From contig JAQFVV010000002.1 in the NCBI GenBank assembly GCA_028023455.1, forward strand, positions 11,036,001 through 11,100,000: a stretch of DNA of 64,000 bases. Reading direction: 5' to 3'. The stretch is from Epiperipatus broadwayi. Taxonomy: Eukaryota; Animalia; Onychophora. The notes under the pieces are model-generated. The model was not told where the DNA came from. It ran no database searches and saw only the letters and a program-made list of their open reading frames with translations. Shown here one piece after another: positions 25,775 to 40,580 of the stretch. A program made the position numbers and the translations under genes. The first letter of the stretch is position 1, and every line of letters begins with the position of its first letter.

Positions 25775-26569
25775 GTAAGATGTACTTTTAAAAAGATTTA
25801 TTTAAACTAAAACTCTACATGAGTAGAAAACAATTTAAAATATTAGTAGAATTACATATAATCTTCTTAATTATTTGCTGACGGTTTATACAATTTTATT
25901 TATATGTCTTTTTATTCTGTATTTTTTTTTTATTTACCAACTTCTATGTCCTCTAGCTTTATATTATTATTTATATCTGATTATTTTGCTGGCTATTATT
26001 ATTTTCTAAAATAGAAAGTTACTTTTAATTAAATATCATAATTATTATTAATAGCTTAAATAATTTTTGAAAATGACTTTTTATTTTTCAAAAGTTTAAA
26101 ACAATAACCATTTAACCTGCATCAAAGTTGCATTAAAAATATAAAAAACATTCTGTAAATAATTTTTCAGTTGGCAAGAATAAGTCACTCATCAGAATAA
26201 TAAGAAATGCCATGTTCAAGCCTATATTATATTTTGATGCCTATTTTATAAAACATCTGTACAGAATTAAAAGATTTCTCCAAAAGAAAATGGAAAACAG
26301 AATTGAACTTTTTCTTATCTTTGTTTAACACCAGCTTTAATAAAATATTATATATTATCTATCATTGGTAATATGGCTCCATCTTATACATTTATATAAA
26401 TGCTGTTTAATGTAAATGAACTTAGATAAATAATCAGTTATTACACATTGTCATAATTAATTTATTTAAATGCTATAAAGAGAAAAGCAATACATGACAT
26501 TTATGGGCAAGAAAAATTATATAAGATGCTTTTAATATATGAATTTTTTTCTTTACAGTACAGGATTTT

Positions 26570-26665
26570 TCATATCTGCATTCCAATATATAATATATAG
26601 GGGTTTGAACTCAGACTTTCACATGACCCTCAACTCTCCACGCTATCTCATATTGCTGATACAGA
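26570..26665 (-). mobile_element. tRNA-like SINE fragment related to the 13080-13572 arms
   Basis: Minus strand gatagcgtggagagttgagggtcatgtgaaagtctgagttcaaacccc with a B-box-like gagttcaaaccc. Confidence 0.55.
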
Positions 26666-28529
26666 GATGCTTTTGTATTTTTTAAAAAATCGCACTAATC
26701 TCAGGTTGTCATTCATCTATGATTAGAAGCAATCATATTTTGGAAATATTTTTGTTGTAGAAACTAGTATTTCATAATAAAAACTGCCATTGCTTTTGTC
26801 CTGTTATTTTTATAAAATGGAAAATCAGAAACATACCTTTAAGATTAGGTGGCTGCAACTTTATATAACCATATATTTTTAAAAATTGATAAAATTTTAA
26901 AGCAAACATATTGTTGTATTTTAAAACTTTTCCAGAGATTTTATAATGATCTGTAGCTTTTCTGCTTTTAAGATGTTTAAAAGCTGTTTAATTTCATCAA
27001 GTAGGGTATCTCAGAACAAATATGAATTAAGATTTTAAGTGTATACTTGGCCTAGAGATAATCTTTAGTTTAATAAATAATTAGTAATAATGATTAATAT
27101 AAGTTAGTATCAATATTATGAATGCATAAAATTTGATTTGTAATCAAACTATAATAATTTGATAGCTATATAATACTAAATAAATAATGAAGATATGAAA
27201 CTGTAATCTGAACCACCTGATAAATACTGGTTTAAGATACAGTGCACATTTTGGAGATTATTTTTTTTACATGTCTTGGGTCATATATTTCAGGAATATG
27301 TGATGAAATAGAAGTTTGAAATATATCTAAATATATATGATGTAATGATTTCAACAATACATAGGAATTAAATTTTAATAAAATGAAAGCTTTAATAAAA
27401 TAAGCAAAACACACACTCATACAAAATTAGAATAAATGAAATCTGAACATCAAATTAATAAGCATTTGCCTTTTTAATAAATAAGGAATAAATAATCACC
27501 AGAAATAATACTTCCTAATTAATAATTTTGTCATCTTCTATCTCATTAACTAGTAAATAAATAATATACAAAATTTACATTTACAAAATATTTCCACATA
27601 TCAACAACAATATACATATATATATATTGTAATGGTACAGGGTGATAGGGGTAAACCTGGGGTGATGAAAAATCCTCATCATCAACACTGTGTAAATACA
27701 AAATTTAAATATTAAATTAAATACAAATGAATTATGATGAATGAACCTGAGAGATCAACACAGATCTAACTATATAACTATAAGTAAATGAAGTTCACCA
27801 GCATTACAGACACAAAATAATTATTCATCATCATGAATGATCAAAAATACAAAATAAATCAACAGTTAATGTTGTGACTACATTTGAAATGGGTCTACTA
27901 TAAACCAGGTTAATTATTTAGCCATTGCCATCTTGGGGCAGATTATTTAAATATTAATTTGGATGCACAATCTTAAGTGCTAATTTATCAGAATATATAA
28001 CAATAAAAACAATAATGCGGAGATATTAAAACATGCTATCATCATCAATGCTCTGGCCACTTAGTACCTTTAATGTACTGGCCAACTATAAACTTAATTT
28101 TTAATAAATACTAAATTAAATAAAATGTAGTGCATTGACCTTAAAGGATATCTTGTTTGTTCCAATCCAGGATCATCATCACTGGATGTCAGAAACACTG
28201 AATATAAACACTTTTTATATAAGAGACCATTACATATGAATCTAGTTAAGGAACAAAGTTCTATAACTGTTACTATGAACAAGAGATATAATCCTAGTAT
28301 AGAATATTCTAAAACTATTTAGGATTGAATAAATTCACTGGAATAACTTTAAGAATTAAATATAAATTTATTAATAACAATAAAAATAAAATTAAGGTCT
28401 GCGGAATACAGCTATACATATTAATTAAGCCTTCTGATTTTGATAAATCCCAGAAGGAAATCCACTATTAGATTTAATTTACGTATGTGTTCCAATAAAT
28501 TTACATAAAACCCCTTCCTATATCAGAAC

Positions 28530-29000
28530 ACAGACATGCCTGTATGATATAAAGAGAACATATTTGAATTGTCATTTAATAATAAAAAAATAAGCTATCA
28601 CATTGTGATTTACAGATACGTCAATACATAAAACATACACACACATATATATACAGATGTGTGGTATAATAATTTATGAACATATTTGACTTGTTATCAA
28701 CCTATAAATGAAATTCATTTTTTATAACACATAATCAATGCCTGATTTAATATATATATATGTGTGTATGGAAATGTGTGTGCACACTAATGCTTATATC
28801 ATATATTTTAATTTGTCAAAATAATAAACTTATTAAACAGATTATATTTTTACATTTGAATTGTCATATAATAATAATAAATATGATTAATTTTAACCTA
28901 TCTGTGTTGATCTGACACACATCTATATAAGCACCCAGACATGCCATAACATATGAAAATTGTCATATAATAATTTTAAAAATGAGCTTTCACATTTTAA
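28530..29000. repeat. Degenerate tandem repeat
   Basis: Recurring cagacatgcc (x2) and acatatttgaattgtcatataat-like words (about x5). Confidence 0.4.
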
Positions 29001-32000
29001 TAACACATAAATGTATACATGTGAAGTGCATATATATATATAAATAGATGATATGAATTAAAGCTATTAATTATCCTCTTATTATAATTTTTTTATGGTA
29101 ATAAAAAGTTTCTTTAAAAAATATTTACTCCTTTGACAGTCTTTCATAAAAGTTTTCTTTTTCTTTTTTAACAGGTAACTCTTGATTAATTATAAACATC
29201 TTAAAAAAAAATACTTCAGTAAGGTTTTTTTGTTTCCTAATCTAGAAACATTTTTTTTAAAAAAAAAAATGTCTATGAATCAATCCTTTGTTTTTTAGAA
29301 TTTTAATTCAAACAAAAATTATTTGCATGTTTATTTTTAAATTATAGATTTTAAATATCATTTTCACTAAAGAGTTTCAGTTCTAATAAATAACCTGGAA
29401 ACATCTTTCTTTTTGTTGAATAAAGTTATTTACTTTAAAAAAAATTGTAATTTAAAAAATTACAAGTATAACTCACCAACTATCTGTGGCTTTCTGCATA
29501 TAGATAAAATAGTATACATATAAACCAATTCCTCAGCAAGCCAGTGGACTCTCTGGAAATCTGGTTCCTTTCAAAATAGTAGACTGGCTTATTGTCATCT
29601 TTGGAAAAGGCACAGTCCAGGCAACTTTTGGCATTCAACCAACTCCATCTAGTCCAGAACCTGACAGACCTCAGGCATACCATCCAGCACACAATATGGG
29701 CCTTGGAGAACAGAAAAGCTGGGATCTGATTTCATGTGAATTCTAACTGTACTGTTATGAACTAGTAGTGGCTGACTTGCACTGTCCTCTTAGTTATATC
29801 TTTATGGTCATCATGCTATCAGCATCTGTAAAACTAAAAACTCCCTTCTAATCTTTTTTTCAACCATTTTATAGTCAGGATATAAAAAAATACAGTAATT
29901 AAAAATAAGTTGTCTTTATCTTAAATGGGAAAAGTTAATGACTCTTTGCATTTCACTTTCATCCTTTCTAAAAACAAGTTTTAAAAAGAAGAACTTTGGT
30001 ATATTTATTTATAGTGTGCCCTTTTTTATAGGTCATTAATAGTCAATTACAGTCTAAATTATTAAAAATTTTAAATTTTAGAATATGTTCTTTTGATATG
30101 TTAATTATAGTTTGTCAATTATGTTATAAAGTACAATTTGAAGCTAAAGAAAATACATACTATATAAAATTATAGCGAATCATTTAAAAATAGTTAAGTA
30201 AAGCTTAAAATATTGTTGCATATGGTTGCAAAAGCTGGCCATATTAAATAACACAGCTATAAATATTAAAAGTATATTTAAAAAATTTGATTTTAATAGT
30301 TTAAAACTTATAGTTAATGAATGTTATATTTAAATTTATAAATCATCTATAATATACAAAATTAATATCGTACATTTTAAAAGTAAACTTTATGATGGTG
30401 AAAATTGTATTTAATTCTATATTTTTAAATTGTTCTTCCAAAATTTTATAATTATATTATTTAATATAATAAGTGTAGCAATTTTATAAATCTAGACAGA
30501 GAAATAGATTGAAAATCGTCTGTCTCAAATTTTGTTAATCATGTGACTTGTATACTACATGCTTTCACACATGCTTGTTTGAATTTAAATTAACAGGGTT
30601 TGAAATATTTTAAAATTGCATTATAGAATTGGATGGAATTATCACCTAGCATAAAGCAAATATTAAATATTAAGTTAACTATCGTATAACATGCTTAAAT
30701 GATGTAATAAAGACGAATACACTCATAATATAAAAATTAAATATTTTGTTTAAATAAAACTAGATAAATTGAATATTAAGAGTGGAATAAATATTAAAAT
30801 GTTATTTTAAAAGTTATTTTAAATGATTAAATAATTTAAATAAAGTAATAATTGATTTAAAAGTAGTATTTTAAATAATATTTTTAAGTTTTATTACGTC
30901 ATAATTTTTATTTTGGAAATTCAATTCTGTAAAAAAAATGAAAATATGTAAATTTGTTCTCAAGCTAAAAGTAAGAATTATCCAATAGGATAAGGTATTC
31001 TTGCAAGGTATAAATACCAGAGATTAATAATGTACTGGGAAGTTTAATAATGTGTTAGTGGTAATTAATAACATGCCTAGGTAGCTGAATAATATCAGAA
31101 GCTATAGAGGTGAAAAATCTTTAAAATTTTTATTATTTAGTCAATTTATAGTATTCTCTTATACTTCATTTATTGTAATTAATAGGATACTTTTATATTT
31201 TTTTTAAAAAAGAGTTTAAAATACAATATATTTTTGAACTTCATCTAAATGGATTGCTAATTTTTAACAGTTTTCTTACCAGTCGTATTTTATTTAAGTT
31301 TAACCTAAACTTCGCAATGAAACAAATGGATATAATAAGTAAAATGTATATAAATTATAATACTATGAAAATGCATAGTATGTTCATTGATACCATTATA
31401 TTAATGCTTAACCGGAGAACTGTTTTGGTACATAAAAACCACAGCTCGGACATTATACGGATGCAATGGAAAGCTATTTGCCGTCTAAAAAAATTTGTGA
31501 CGCATTATTTATAAGCTTATCCAGGAGTTTTTTAAAAAAGAATAAGATACTTATATCTTATGAATTATCATAAAATATAATAATGAAAGAAATAGAATGT
31601 TTAGTCCTTTTTGAAGGAAACATTTTTTAAAAAGAATATATTTTACAAGAATTAAAAAAGAGCTTACAGAGAAGATTTTGTTAAGGAGTTGTGATATAAA
31701 AAACTTCTAGTCTCAGAAATATTAAAAATGCATCTTTAGAAGTATTTGTTTTGAAGCACTTTATTGAGAATGGAAACCTATATAAAAGAATGAACATATA
31801 ATAGTTGATTAAAAATGGATCCATGGAAATATTGTGGAAAAGTTTACCGAATATTTTTAAAGTGAAATTATTTAAGAAGCTTCACAGGATTAGTTTAGCA
31901 TAACGAATCTTTAATAATAATTATTTAAAACAGTAAAACCAAGGATTATTGTTTTATAAAATTTACTAAAATGGATTAACAAGGATTTTATTATATTTTT

Positions 32001-32899
32001 TAAGATTTAAAAGACATTGTATTATTTTTTTTACTATTATTTTAAAAATTGCTCGCCAACCACCCTCAATGGATTGTTCTTGTTCATCGTCATAGCAACG
32101 GAGCAGGGGGAAAACGCTCTTGAAGAATAATACATTTTTAGGAGGAACATTTAAAAAAAAAAAATTAGAGAAAATAATAAGCTTTATGAACTCTATCAAG
32201 GACTTTTATCAAGTAAAGAATTAATGAAGAAATAAGTAATTATAGTCTTGATTTTTTTTTTTTATTAACTTAGCTTAAAATGTAAATTTTCTATATTTTT
32301 TTATAAGATTAGGAAAACATAAAACATTAATTTGTTAATAACATATAATTTTATAATATAATAATCTAATAATTTAGATAAGAATATTTTAAAATAAAGT
32401 GTATGGATGTGTATTTTCTTTATATCTGCAATGTTCCAAGTGGATGAAGGAAGCCTACTGAAAATGATGACCAGATAAAGGTTATTTGGTAATAGTAATA
32501 ACTATTAATAATTTATAATGTATATTCTTTGTTTTCTTTTAGATCATCTATGAATCATAAGAATGAAGTGTAAAAGTTTTAATTATATGTGAACACATTT
32601 TCATACAACATTTTAAAAACATTATGAGATAGGATTGATTTGAAAATATGCATACAATGATTTTTATATTAGTGATATAATCCAATATAGTAACAAATAT
32701 TTGTGTGATTCTTTTTAAAAACTTTTCATGTTATTGGATATTCAAATATTATCTGATTAGATTGTATATGATTAAACATACAGAATAATGAAGTAAGCAG
32801 ACTTTTCTTGTGGAACAGCGAGATTGTTTTAGATTATCAGTGAATCTTATTTATTGTTTTTGTAAATGCAGATAGTTATTTATCGATGTAAGATGTGGA

Positions 32900-33300
32900 A
32901 AATCTTGAGAAATACTAATGAGATAGTGGCTTGGAAGTACTTAGTGAACAGGAAACCAAGATGATGTTTTTTTTTAAAAAATAGGATGTTATAAGGAATG
33001 TGAATAATACTTATAGTCTTTGTGTAGATATCAGCATAGTTAACAAAGCCCTATGACTGATACACATTTTATTTGGACAGTGTTTTATATTTCTTTAAAT
33101 ATTTGATGTTCTAATAAAGCTGAAGGAATAGCTTTAACATCGTTTATGTACTAGAGGATATTAGACAGGTAAAGGTCATACCTCTATTTCTTGTTAATGC
33201 ACTGTGCCATGATTTTTGAGATATGTTATGAGTGATACTCTATCTTTCTTCCTTAAATCCTATGCATCTATTTCGCTATCTTTATTTCATGTAACTGCAT
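32900..33300 (-). mobile_element. Possible decayed non-LTR RT fragment
   Basis: Minus-strand SNIL*YINDV then VNYADI in the order of the PxLF..YINDL / YADD motifs. Confidence 0.25.
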
Positions 33301-36300
33301 CGTTTAGTAAGATATTTTGAAAAGAAATGGTAAATAATTTAGAGCTTAGGTTATGCTATCGTTTTGTATAAGATTGGTTTATTTGCTTATAAGGAACAGA
33401 ATTTTATAACTTAAAATTGAAGGTCTAATGAATCCTAAAGGAAAGGAAAGAATCATAGAATATATTTTGAATTTTATTTTGGAAGTGAAATATAAATTTT
33501 TAGAATAGAGTATCTAAACAAAGATATTTTCTTTAAAATGTTAATAATTTTTGAAAGCTTTATTATTATTTTTAAAAGGAAAATAAGTATTGCATATTTT
33601 TAAAATACAATAATATACAATAAATGTAGGGAATATGCATAGTATATTTTTTGTTTATTGAATAACAGGAATATATTGATGATTACACTTATATCATACT
33701 AAAGTAAGGCTAAATAAAAATATATTATGATTAGTAAACAAAGTGTAATAAATGATATCCACTAAAATCTAGTAATGAATTTTGGATAAATATTTTATGT
33801 AACATCTTTGACATTGCAAGATGAAAATTTGTTTAATTTTTGATTTTAAGAAATCCATAGTCATTATAATGTTAATTTTGTTTTCAGTAGAATGTTTTTT
33901 CTACAAATGTGTTTTAAAAATAAGATAGTTTAATAATATTAAGGATGAAATATTTTGCTAATAAAATAAGTAAATATATTTGTAATAAGTTAACCATAAT
34001 GAGAAACCAAATGGTAACATTTTATTTTGTCTTAAGTCTAAATAAAGACATAACTAAAATATAAATTATTTTTTTATAACCCAGTAGATAAAAATGTAAA
34101 GTATAAAATAAGGATATCCACTGTAAATAGTGTACATAAATTGTTTATTTTATTTTGTTGTTATTAATAAACTTTGTTAAAATTTGTTTTTCAAAAATTT
34201 TTGTGTCTGAATTGTTTATTTCTCCACTTCACTGCATGAAATCACGATATATTCATAATAATTGAAACAAATATATAATTTTGCACAGAAAGATAAATAG
34301 AGAATTATTTTAAGAATTTAAATATTTTATTGGTATTCTTTTAATTAAATAATCATAATTTTACATTTTTTTTTATTGGTCATAAATCAGTTACCACAAT
34401 AGTATATTAAATTGTATGCTTTCAGTTGCCACACATACTTTTGTTTGTCAGATTATCAAATGCTACCACGTATTTATTATATTATTACATGAAGATAAAA
34501 AATTATATTATATTATTTTATTATGGTAATAAAAATATAACAAAAAGAAAAGATATACACAATTAGTTAAACGATGAAGAATATTATTATTATTTTATTA
34601 TTATTATTTTAGTAGTAGATTATGACATAAAATCCCTTCTCATATTTTACTACTGTAATTTTAAATTAACTTAGAATAAATTTATGAACCTGAGATTTTA
34701 GAAAGCTAAATTATTATAAATAGAAGATTAAGATGTAATTATTAGCTTAATCTTAGTGAGTAGAAATTATTAAAGTCGTAAGAATACTATGAGTTTGTTA
34801 TTTGAAATAGTAATAAGGGGGGATAGTGTTCTTATGCCATTGAAGTAGTATCCTGTAGGATATTGGCTCAATGTAATCTATCTTGTCACCTGTATTTTCA
34901 CTTCAAGTCTCATGAAAATATTAAATATTTATTTAATTTATTTTTATAAACTGAACCTTATTCATATATTAAATTTGAGCTAGTGAAATATTTAATTTTA
35001 ATGCTAAATATTTCATTTATTAATTATTAACTGAGCTAGAACTCGTTTTATTTATATCATATACTATTCTGAAGTGAGAATGCACCAAGACTAGGTTAGA
35101 ATATATATATTCAGCTAAGCAAAAAACACTGTATGCTTTCTTTTAATTGCACTACTAATAATACTCATTATCAAAAAATCAATAATAAATCTTGCATTTT
35201 TCTTAAAAGAATTTTATTCAATAATAACATGACTATCTGTCACTTGCTTCTAAACAACAGTTATAAAAAATTTTATCACTATATTTAAAATGGAATATAT
35301 TTTAATTTTAGCATGTTTTTAATCTGCTTCAATAAATGCTTGTGTTATATTAATTTTTTTACATTTTTACTTTTAGCTAAAATATAATACCTAATATGCC
35401 ATTTTTCAGTATGAATATATCAAAGTTTCTTTTAGCACTATTCTATCTAGATGGTGTTTTCATTAAAGTTAATGTATGCATTGAAGTTACATAACCTGTA
35501 CCAATATTTTTAATAATAGGCAATAGTTTTTTGTTTCTACCAATATGTATAATATTATTTATTCTTTAATGGGTACAAAAACAATAATACTATTCAACTA
35601 GCAATTAAAGTTTTTTATTTTATATTCTGCAAAAAATGTAAAGACATAAGCTCTTCTAAAACCAGCTACAAGTATTATTGACAAATAACTTGGAAAATAA
35701 CATTGTTGTTATTACATTTTACAATTTCAAAAATATAAAATATTAAGTCAGACTTCATAGAAAGTTTAATGCAGTCTCTTTTCGCTTGATAAATTATTCT
35801 TTAAAAAAATTAGCTCTCTATCCATTTAATTAATCTTCCATATTCTGTAAAATGACTTCTAATAATAGCAACTATAACAGTCTTAAAACTTGACAACATC
35901 TAACACTAGCATTTTCATAAATTCAGGCATTCAAAATTCCCCATTAAGAAAAGTTTAGTTTATATATGTATAACTTTGCTGCCATTATCATTATTTTTAT
36001 TATTTATAATTACTTTAATTATTTAAATAAGCAGTCTGCCAGGCAAACAAGATTTTTTGAAGATAGACTATTTTTAGATCATGTTTTAAAAATATTTTGT
36101 TAAATAGGATTACCTAAACATAAAATGTCTGTCTCAAACATTTTTCTAAATCTCCTCTATTGCAGTTTATTTAATGCTAAGGAATTTGCATAGTTTATGT
36201 ATTCATGCATATTTGCATTACTCTTCTAATTGAACTCAGAATTGATGTATTTGTAATCTGTAGAAGGAAATATGTAAATAAGTAATTCCATTGTTATAAT

Positions 36301-36440
36301 TAGTGTATAGAGATTTCTATATTTTATATATGTATGTGTGTCTTATTAATTTTTATTTTAGCATCAAGTATTTTAAGTAATTTGTTTATATTAATGTATT
36401 TTGACATTATCTTCAGAATAGATTCAGGAACATCTTAATA

Positions 36441-36463
36441 GCCAATAAACATCACATGATCAC
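36441..36463 (-). mobile_element. 23-nt family-1 3'-end insertion with 10-bp TSD
   Basis: catcttaata at 36431-40 and 36464-73 flanks aaacatcacatgatcac, the family-1 terminus. Confidence 0.6.
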
Positions 36464-38049
36464 CATCTTAATAAATGATGAGTCATTTAGAATTTAGTTC
36501 AAGAAACAGCCAGTGAATAGAAATAGTTTTGTAATATAAAAAATGTTTATAATTATAACATATGTCTTCTAATAATTTCATTGATCTTTATTTATTATAG
36601 CTACATATAAAAATAGCTATCTATTTTGTATTGTTCCATGATTATATGTTTTTGTTTTTATCTAATTCTGTTTATAGTACATTGTTATTGTAACATTAGT
36701 TAACATATATACAACATAAATAATCATTGTTGTTGTTAGTTTTATTTTTTGTACTTGTATTTTCTATGTGGGGAACTGAGTTGGCTTTCTACAAGAAAAC
36801 TTTTTTTATATCTACGTTTTTTTTTTGCTTTAATATGAATAGATTTTTTTTACTCTTTTTTTAAGACAAGTTTTTGACATTTTTTACTTGTCACTACAAA
36901 CTTTTTAATTGAAAGAGCAGTTTAAGTCTTATTTTTACCAAAAAAAGAAAAATAATTGAAAACTTTGGTGTTTTTATTTTGAGAAATATAGCACTTTTTC
37001 CATAAATAGTTATTATTCTAAATAAAGATTAGTCGTTTACAAAATATCTAAAAACAGACCTCTTATTACTATTTTGAAAAAAGTTGTTTTGAAACACAAC
37101 TAAATGACTACTTGTTTTTAATTTTTAATTTTCATTTTACTTAATGAATCATATAAAGATAAATCTCTTTTTTGCCTATTTATTTTGATTCTCTGCAAAA
37201 CTGAACTATTTAACAAAACAAAATAAATGCTCATTGAATTATGAATTATGTGAATAACTTGTACTATAGTTTCAATCTTAACTAAGACATTTTGTTCGCT
37301 GTATTTTTTGAATTTTGCTATCAGGCAATACATAAACAAAAGAATATATCATAGAATATGGATGATTGGTATATTAAAAATGAGTGGAGCTTATTTATTT
37401 TGCTTTTTCTTAGGGATTAAGACTAAACTGGAGAGGATTGATAAAGAAGGCATCAAATATCAATGAGCATTAAGCTTATTATTTTTAATAATAATGATGA
37501 TAACATTTATTAAAATTCTCATTTAAAATGAAATAAAAACCTAAGGAAATAATTTTACACATAGATCCATATGACTAATTAGCCAATGCAATGAATGAAG
37601 ATCATGAAGGGATTAACAAAATTATATAATCCTAATCTTCACAAATAATATAATGATTTTAGAAGAGGATTTTATGCTTACAGATATAAAGTTACTATTT
37701 TATTCAAAGCATTTATACTGATATACATTAGCCAATAACAATGAGAATTTTTCATTTCAAAACCAATAAATGAAAGTCTTTACTGCAACCAGTAAGCTTT
37801 GCACACATTATAATAATGATGTGTTAATATTCTATACTTATTTCCTCTTACTTTGGATAAAAAATTTTATGCTATTATTTCAGCTCAATAATTTTTAAAT
37901 TATAAGTTACATTTTTTATTTGGGGGGGGGGGGCATAATTCAGTTTATTAAATTTTTTTTATTAACAGTTGTAAGTAATAATTATTTTTATGTCATATAA
38001 TAAATATTTTACAAATTTAAGAGACTGCAGAAAGGAGTTTTCTGAATAA

Positions 38050-40580
38050 CTGTAAGGAAACCCTTTGGTTCTTCTTTAAAGCCTTAAAAAAAAAACATGG
38101 CAAATTTCTATGTTCACTTTGAACATGTTTATCTTTGTAACTGTTATTACTATGTGATTATTCTTATGATAAAGAAATATAGATGGTATGATTAATAACA
38201 TATATAAGTCAACATTGAGGTTTATTGACTATTCACCTGCAAGTTTTGGATTTTCATGAATGTGTGTGTGAATGATTTTTTTAGACATTTATAATCATAT
38301 ATCAGTTCAAACTAAATTATAGGCTTTATTTCAAAAAACTATAATGTTGTAATGTTGGTAGTCAAAAATAGAGGACTAAGAATTTTGTGGTTTTAGACAG
38401 GTTACTATTTGATTATGCTCATTTAATTATCTACCAATAATCAAAGATGTATTTCAAGTAAAAAATTATAACATTTAGTATAATTATAATTGTCTAATAT
38501 TAAATAGGATATTGTTTCACTTTGTGAAGCTATATAAAAATATGAAAAGACAATTGATTTGAAAAATAAACATACACTTTACTTTAAAGGCACAGATATT
38601 GGAAAAACAAGCAGATAGGGATTTATTATAAATAAAATGAAAAAGCATCATTATGGAGATAGATGAAAAATATCAGACAGAATGGCAAAATTGGTTATTT
38701 AAATTAATGGAAGATACCAAATGCTGTAAATTAAAATTTATTCATTGAGACATTTTCAATATGAAAAACCATTGGAAAATGAAAATGATGTTGATAAATT
38801 TGACTATGGTTCAGAAATAAAAAAGGACACAAATTTTTGGAATATGTAGAAAATAAAAAATTATACACTATTATTTTTTTCTTTAAGAAAAATATTAAGT
38901 GAATAGTATATAAAAATATCCAAATTGAAAGTCAGCAGAATTGAATCATACTTTGGCTCACAGACAATACAAGAAGTGACATTTATTAGTAAAATCTAAA
39001 ATATATATGTTAAAACTAAAGTAAAAAGACAAAATTTAAGAAAAAGAACAGTATTAATAGTTGAAAATTCCTGATCATTAGAAACACTCAATGAATTTAA
39101 ATTAGAACTTCTTAATCATTTAAAAATATTTAGACATTTGAAGTTAATTAAAACTTAACTAATATTAATAAGAAGATGATGTTTTGCATATAACTGCAAT
39201 AGCAAATGTCACTATTATAAATAGAAAAAACAGTTCATCAGTACATTTTCAGTGAAATGATATATGAAAAGGAATACAAAAATATTTAAAAATGATCCAT
39301 TAAAAAAAATTGAATATCTGGAATTCTATATAATGGTATGAAAAAGAGTTAATAGTGATATAGAAAACATAATTGTGAATCAGCATAAAAAACTATAAAA
39401 GTGAATAAATATTTTAAAAGAATAAATTACCATTTTAGTATTAGAAAGATATAATTTCAGCAGTAAAAATCAACTATTGCTAAAAAGATAGATGATATTA
39501 TGAAATGTTAAAAAGAATCTACAATGAATTATAAAATAATAATAAAAAAGAAGAGAAAGTAATCACTAGAATTACTATATCTATTTAATTCAAAGCATTT
39601 TAAATGAAGAAAGTGAGACATGCAATTAAATTTATGAAAAAGGAAAAAGCTCCAGGAAATGATGGAATTATTGTTGATATCTTAAAAGAAACAGATGAAA
39701 CAGTAGAAAAATTGTTGTCAAAGTTATATCTCAAATGTCTGAATAATAAAGATAGACCATATGTTTGAAAGAATGCCATATTAATATTGATATTTAAACA
39801 AGGCAATAAAATAAATATTAGAAATTGAAAATCCATCACTCTTCTATCAGGTCTATACAAAATCTTTATCAAAATAATTACAACCTCTTTGCAGCAAACT
39901 TTTAGCACAATCAATCACATCACAGTATTTTAAAGAAGATTGAAAAAGAACCAATGAATACAAATTGTATTATGCTTTGGTTTGTAGGTTATGAAAAGGC
40001 CATTTAATTCTACTAGGCATTTTTTCAGTCATTAAAACTTTGGAACATTAAGATATAGATAGAGAATATTTTCATATTACAATTAGCAGTGATGGAATTA
40101 CATGGCAATACTGTGAAAATTAACATTGATAAGTTTTTATAAAAGACATTCTATATTTCCAAATCTTTACATCTAAGGTTCAGTATTTTTCAATATACTC
40201 ATATTTAAAAAAGTATTTTGTGGATTAAAACGGAAAGCTATGGAAATAAAATACATAGAAATTATTTAAATGATCTACATTTTACAGATAATACTTCAAA
40301 GGTTTAGGAAATATTGCAAGAGTTATCATATAAAAGTAAAAAAGTAGATCTAAAGATAAATCCTAAATCGATTATTATAATTTTCAAAGGATTTTCTTAG
40401 GAAAAAAAATATTGATATTCATGAACTTGAAGTTAATAATTACAAATATCTTGGTCATAAAATGTATTAGTTAGATTATTCATGCAGATGGAGACATACT
40501 GGATAAATTAATTATCAAATTAAACTTACATTAAATACTTTTGGTGGAAGAAGTAATATAAATTAAAAGAAAATATGTGT
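38050..40580 (+). mobile_element. Decayed RTE LINE (5' region, endonuclease, RT)
   Basis: gaagaaagtgagacatgcaattaaatttatgaaaaaggaaaaagctccagg at ~39606 and later blocks are collinear with the young copy. The 5' part is shared with 3530. Confidence 0.8.

Noticed and set aside
27628-27640. tacagggtg as a Tc1/mariner TIR
   Set aside because: No matching opposite end found.
36375-36420. Minus-strand CUGAAGAU plus a 5-bp stem
   Set aside because: No GAAA, stem III or stem I.
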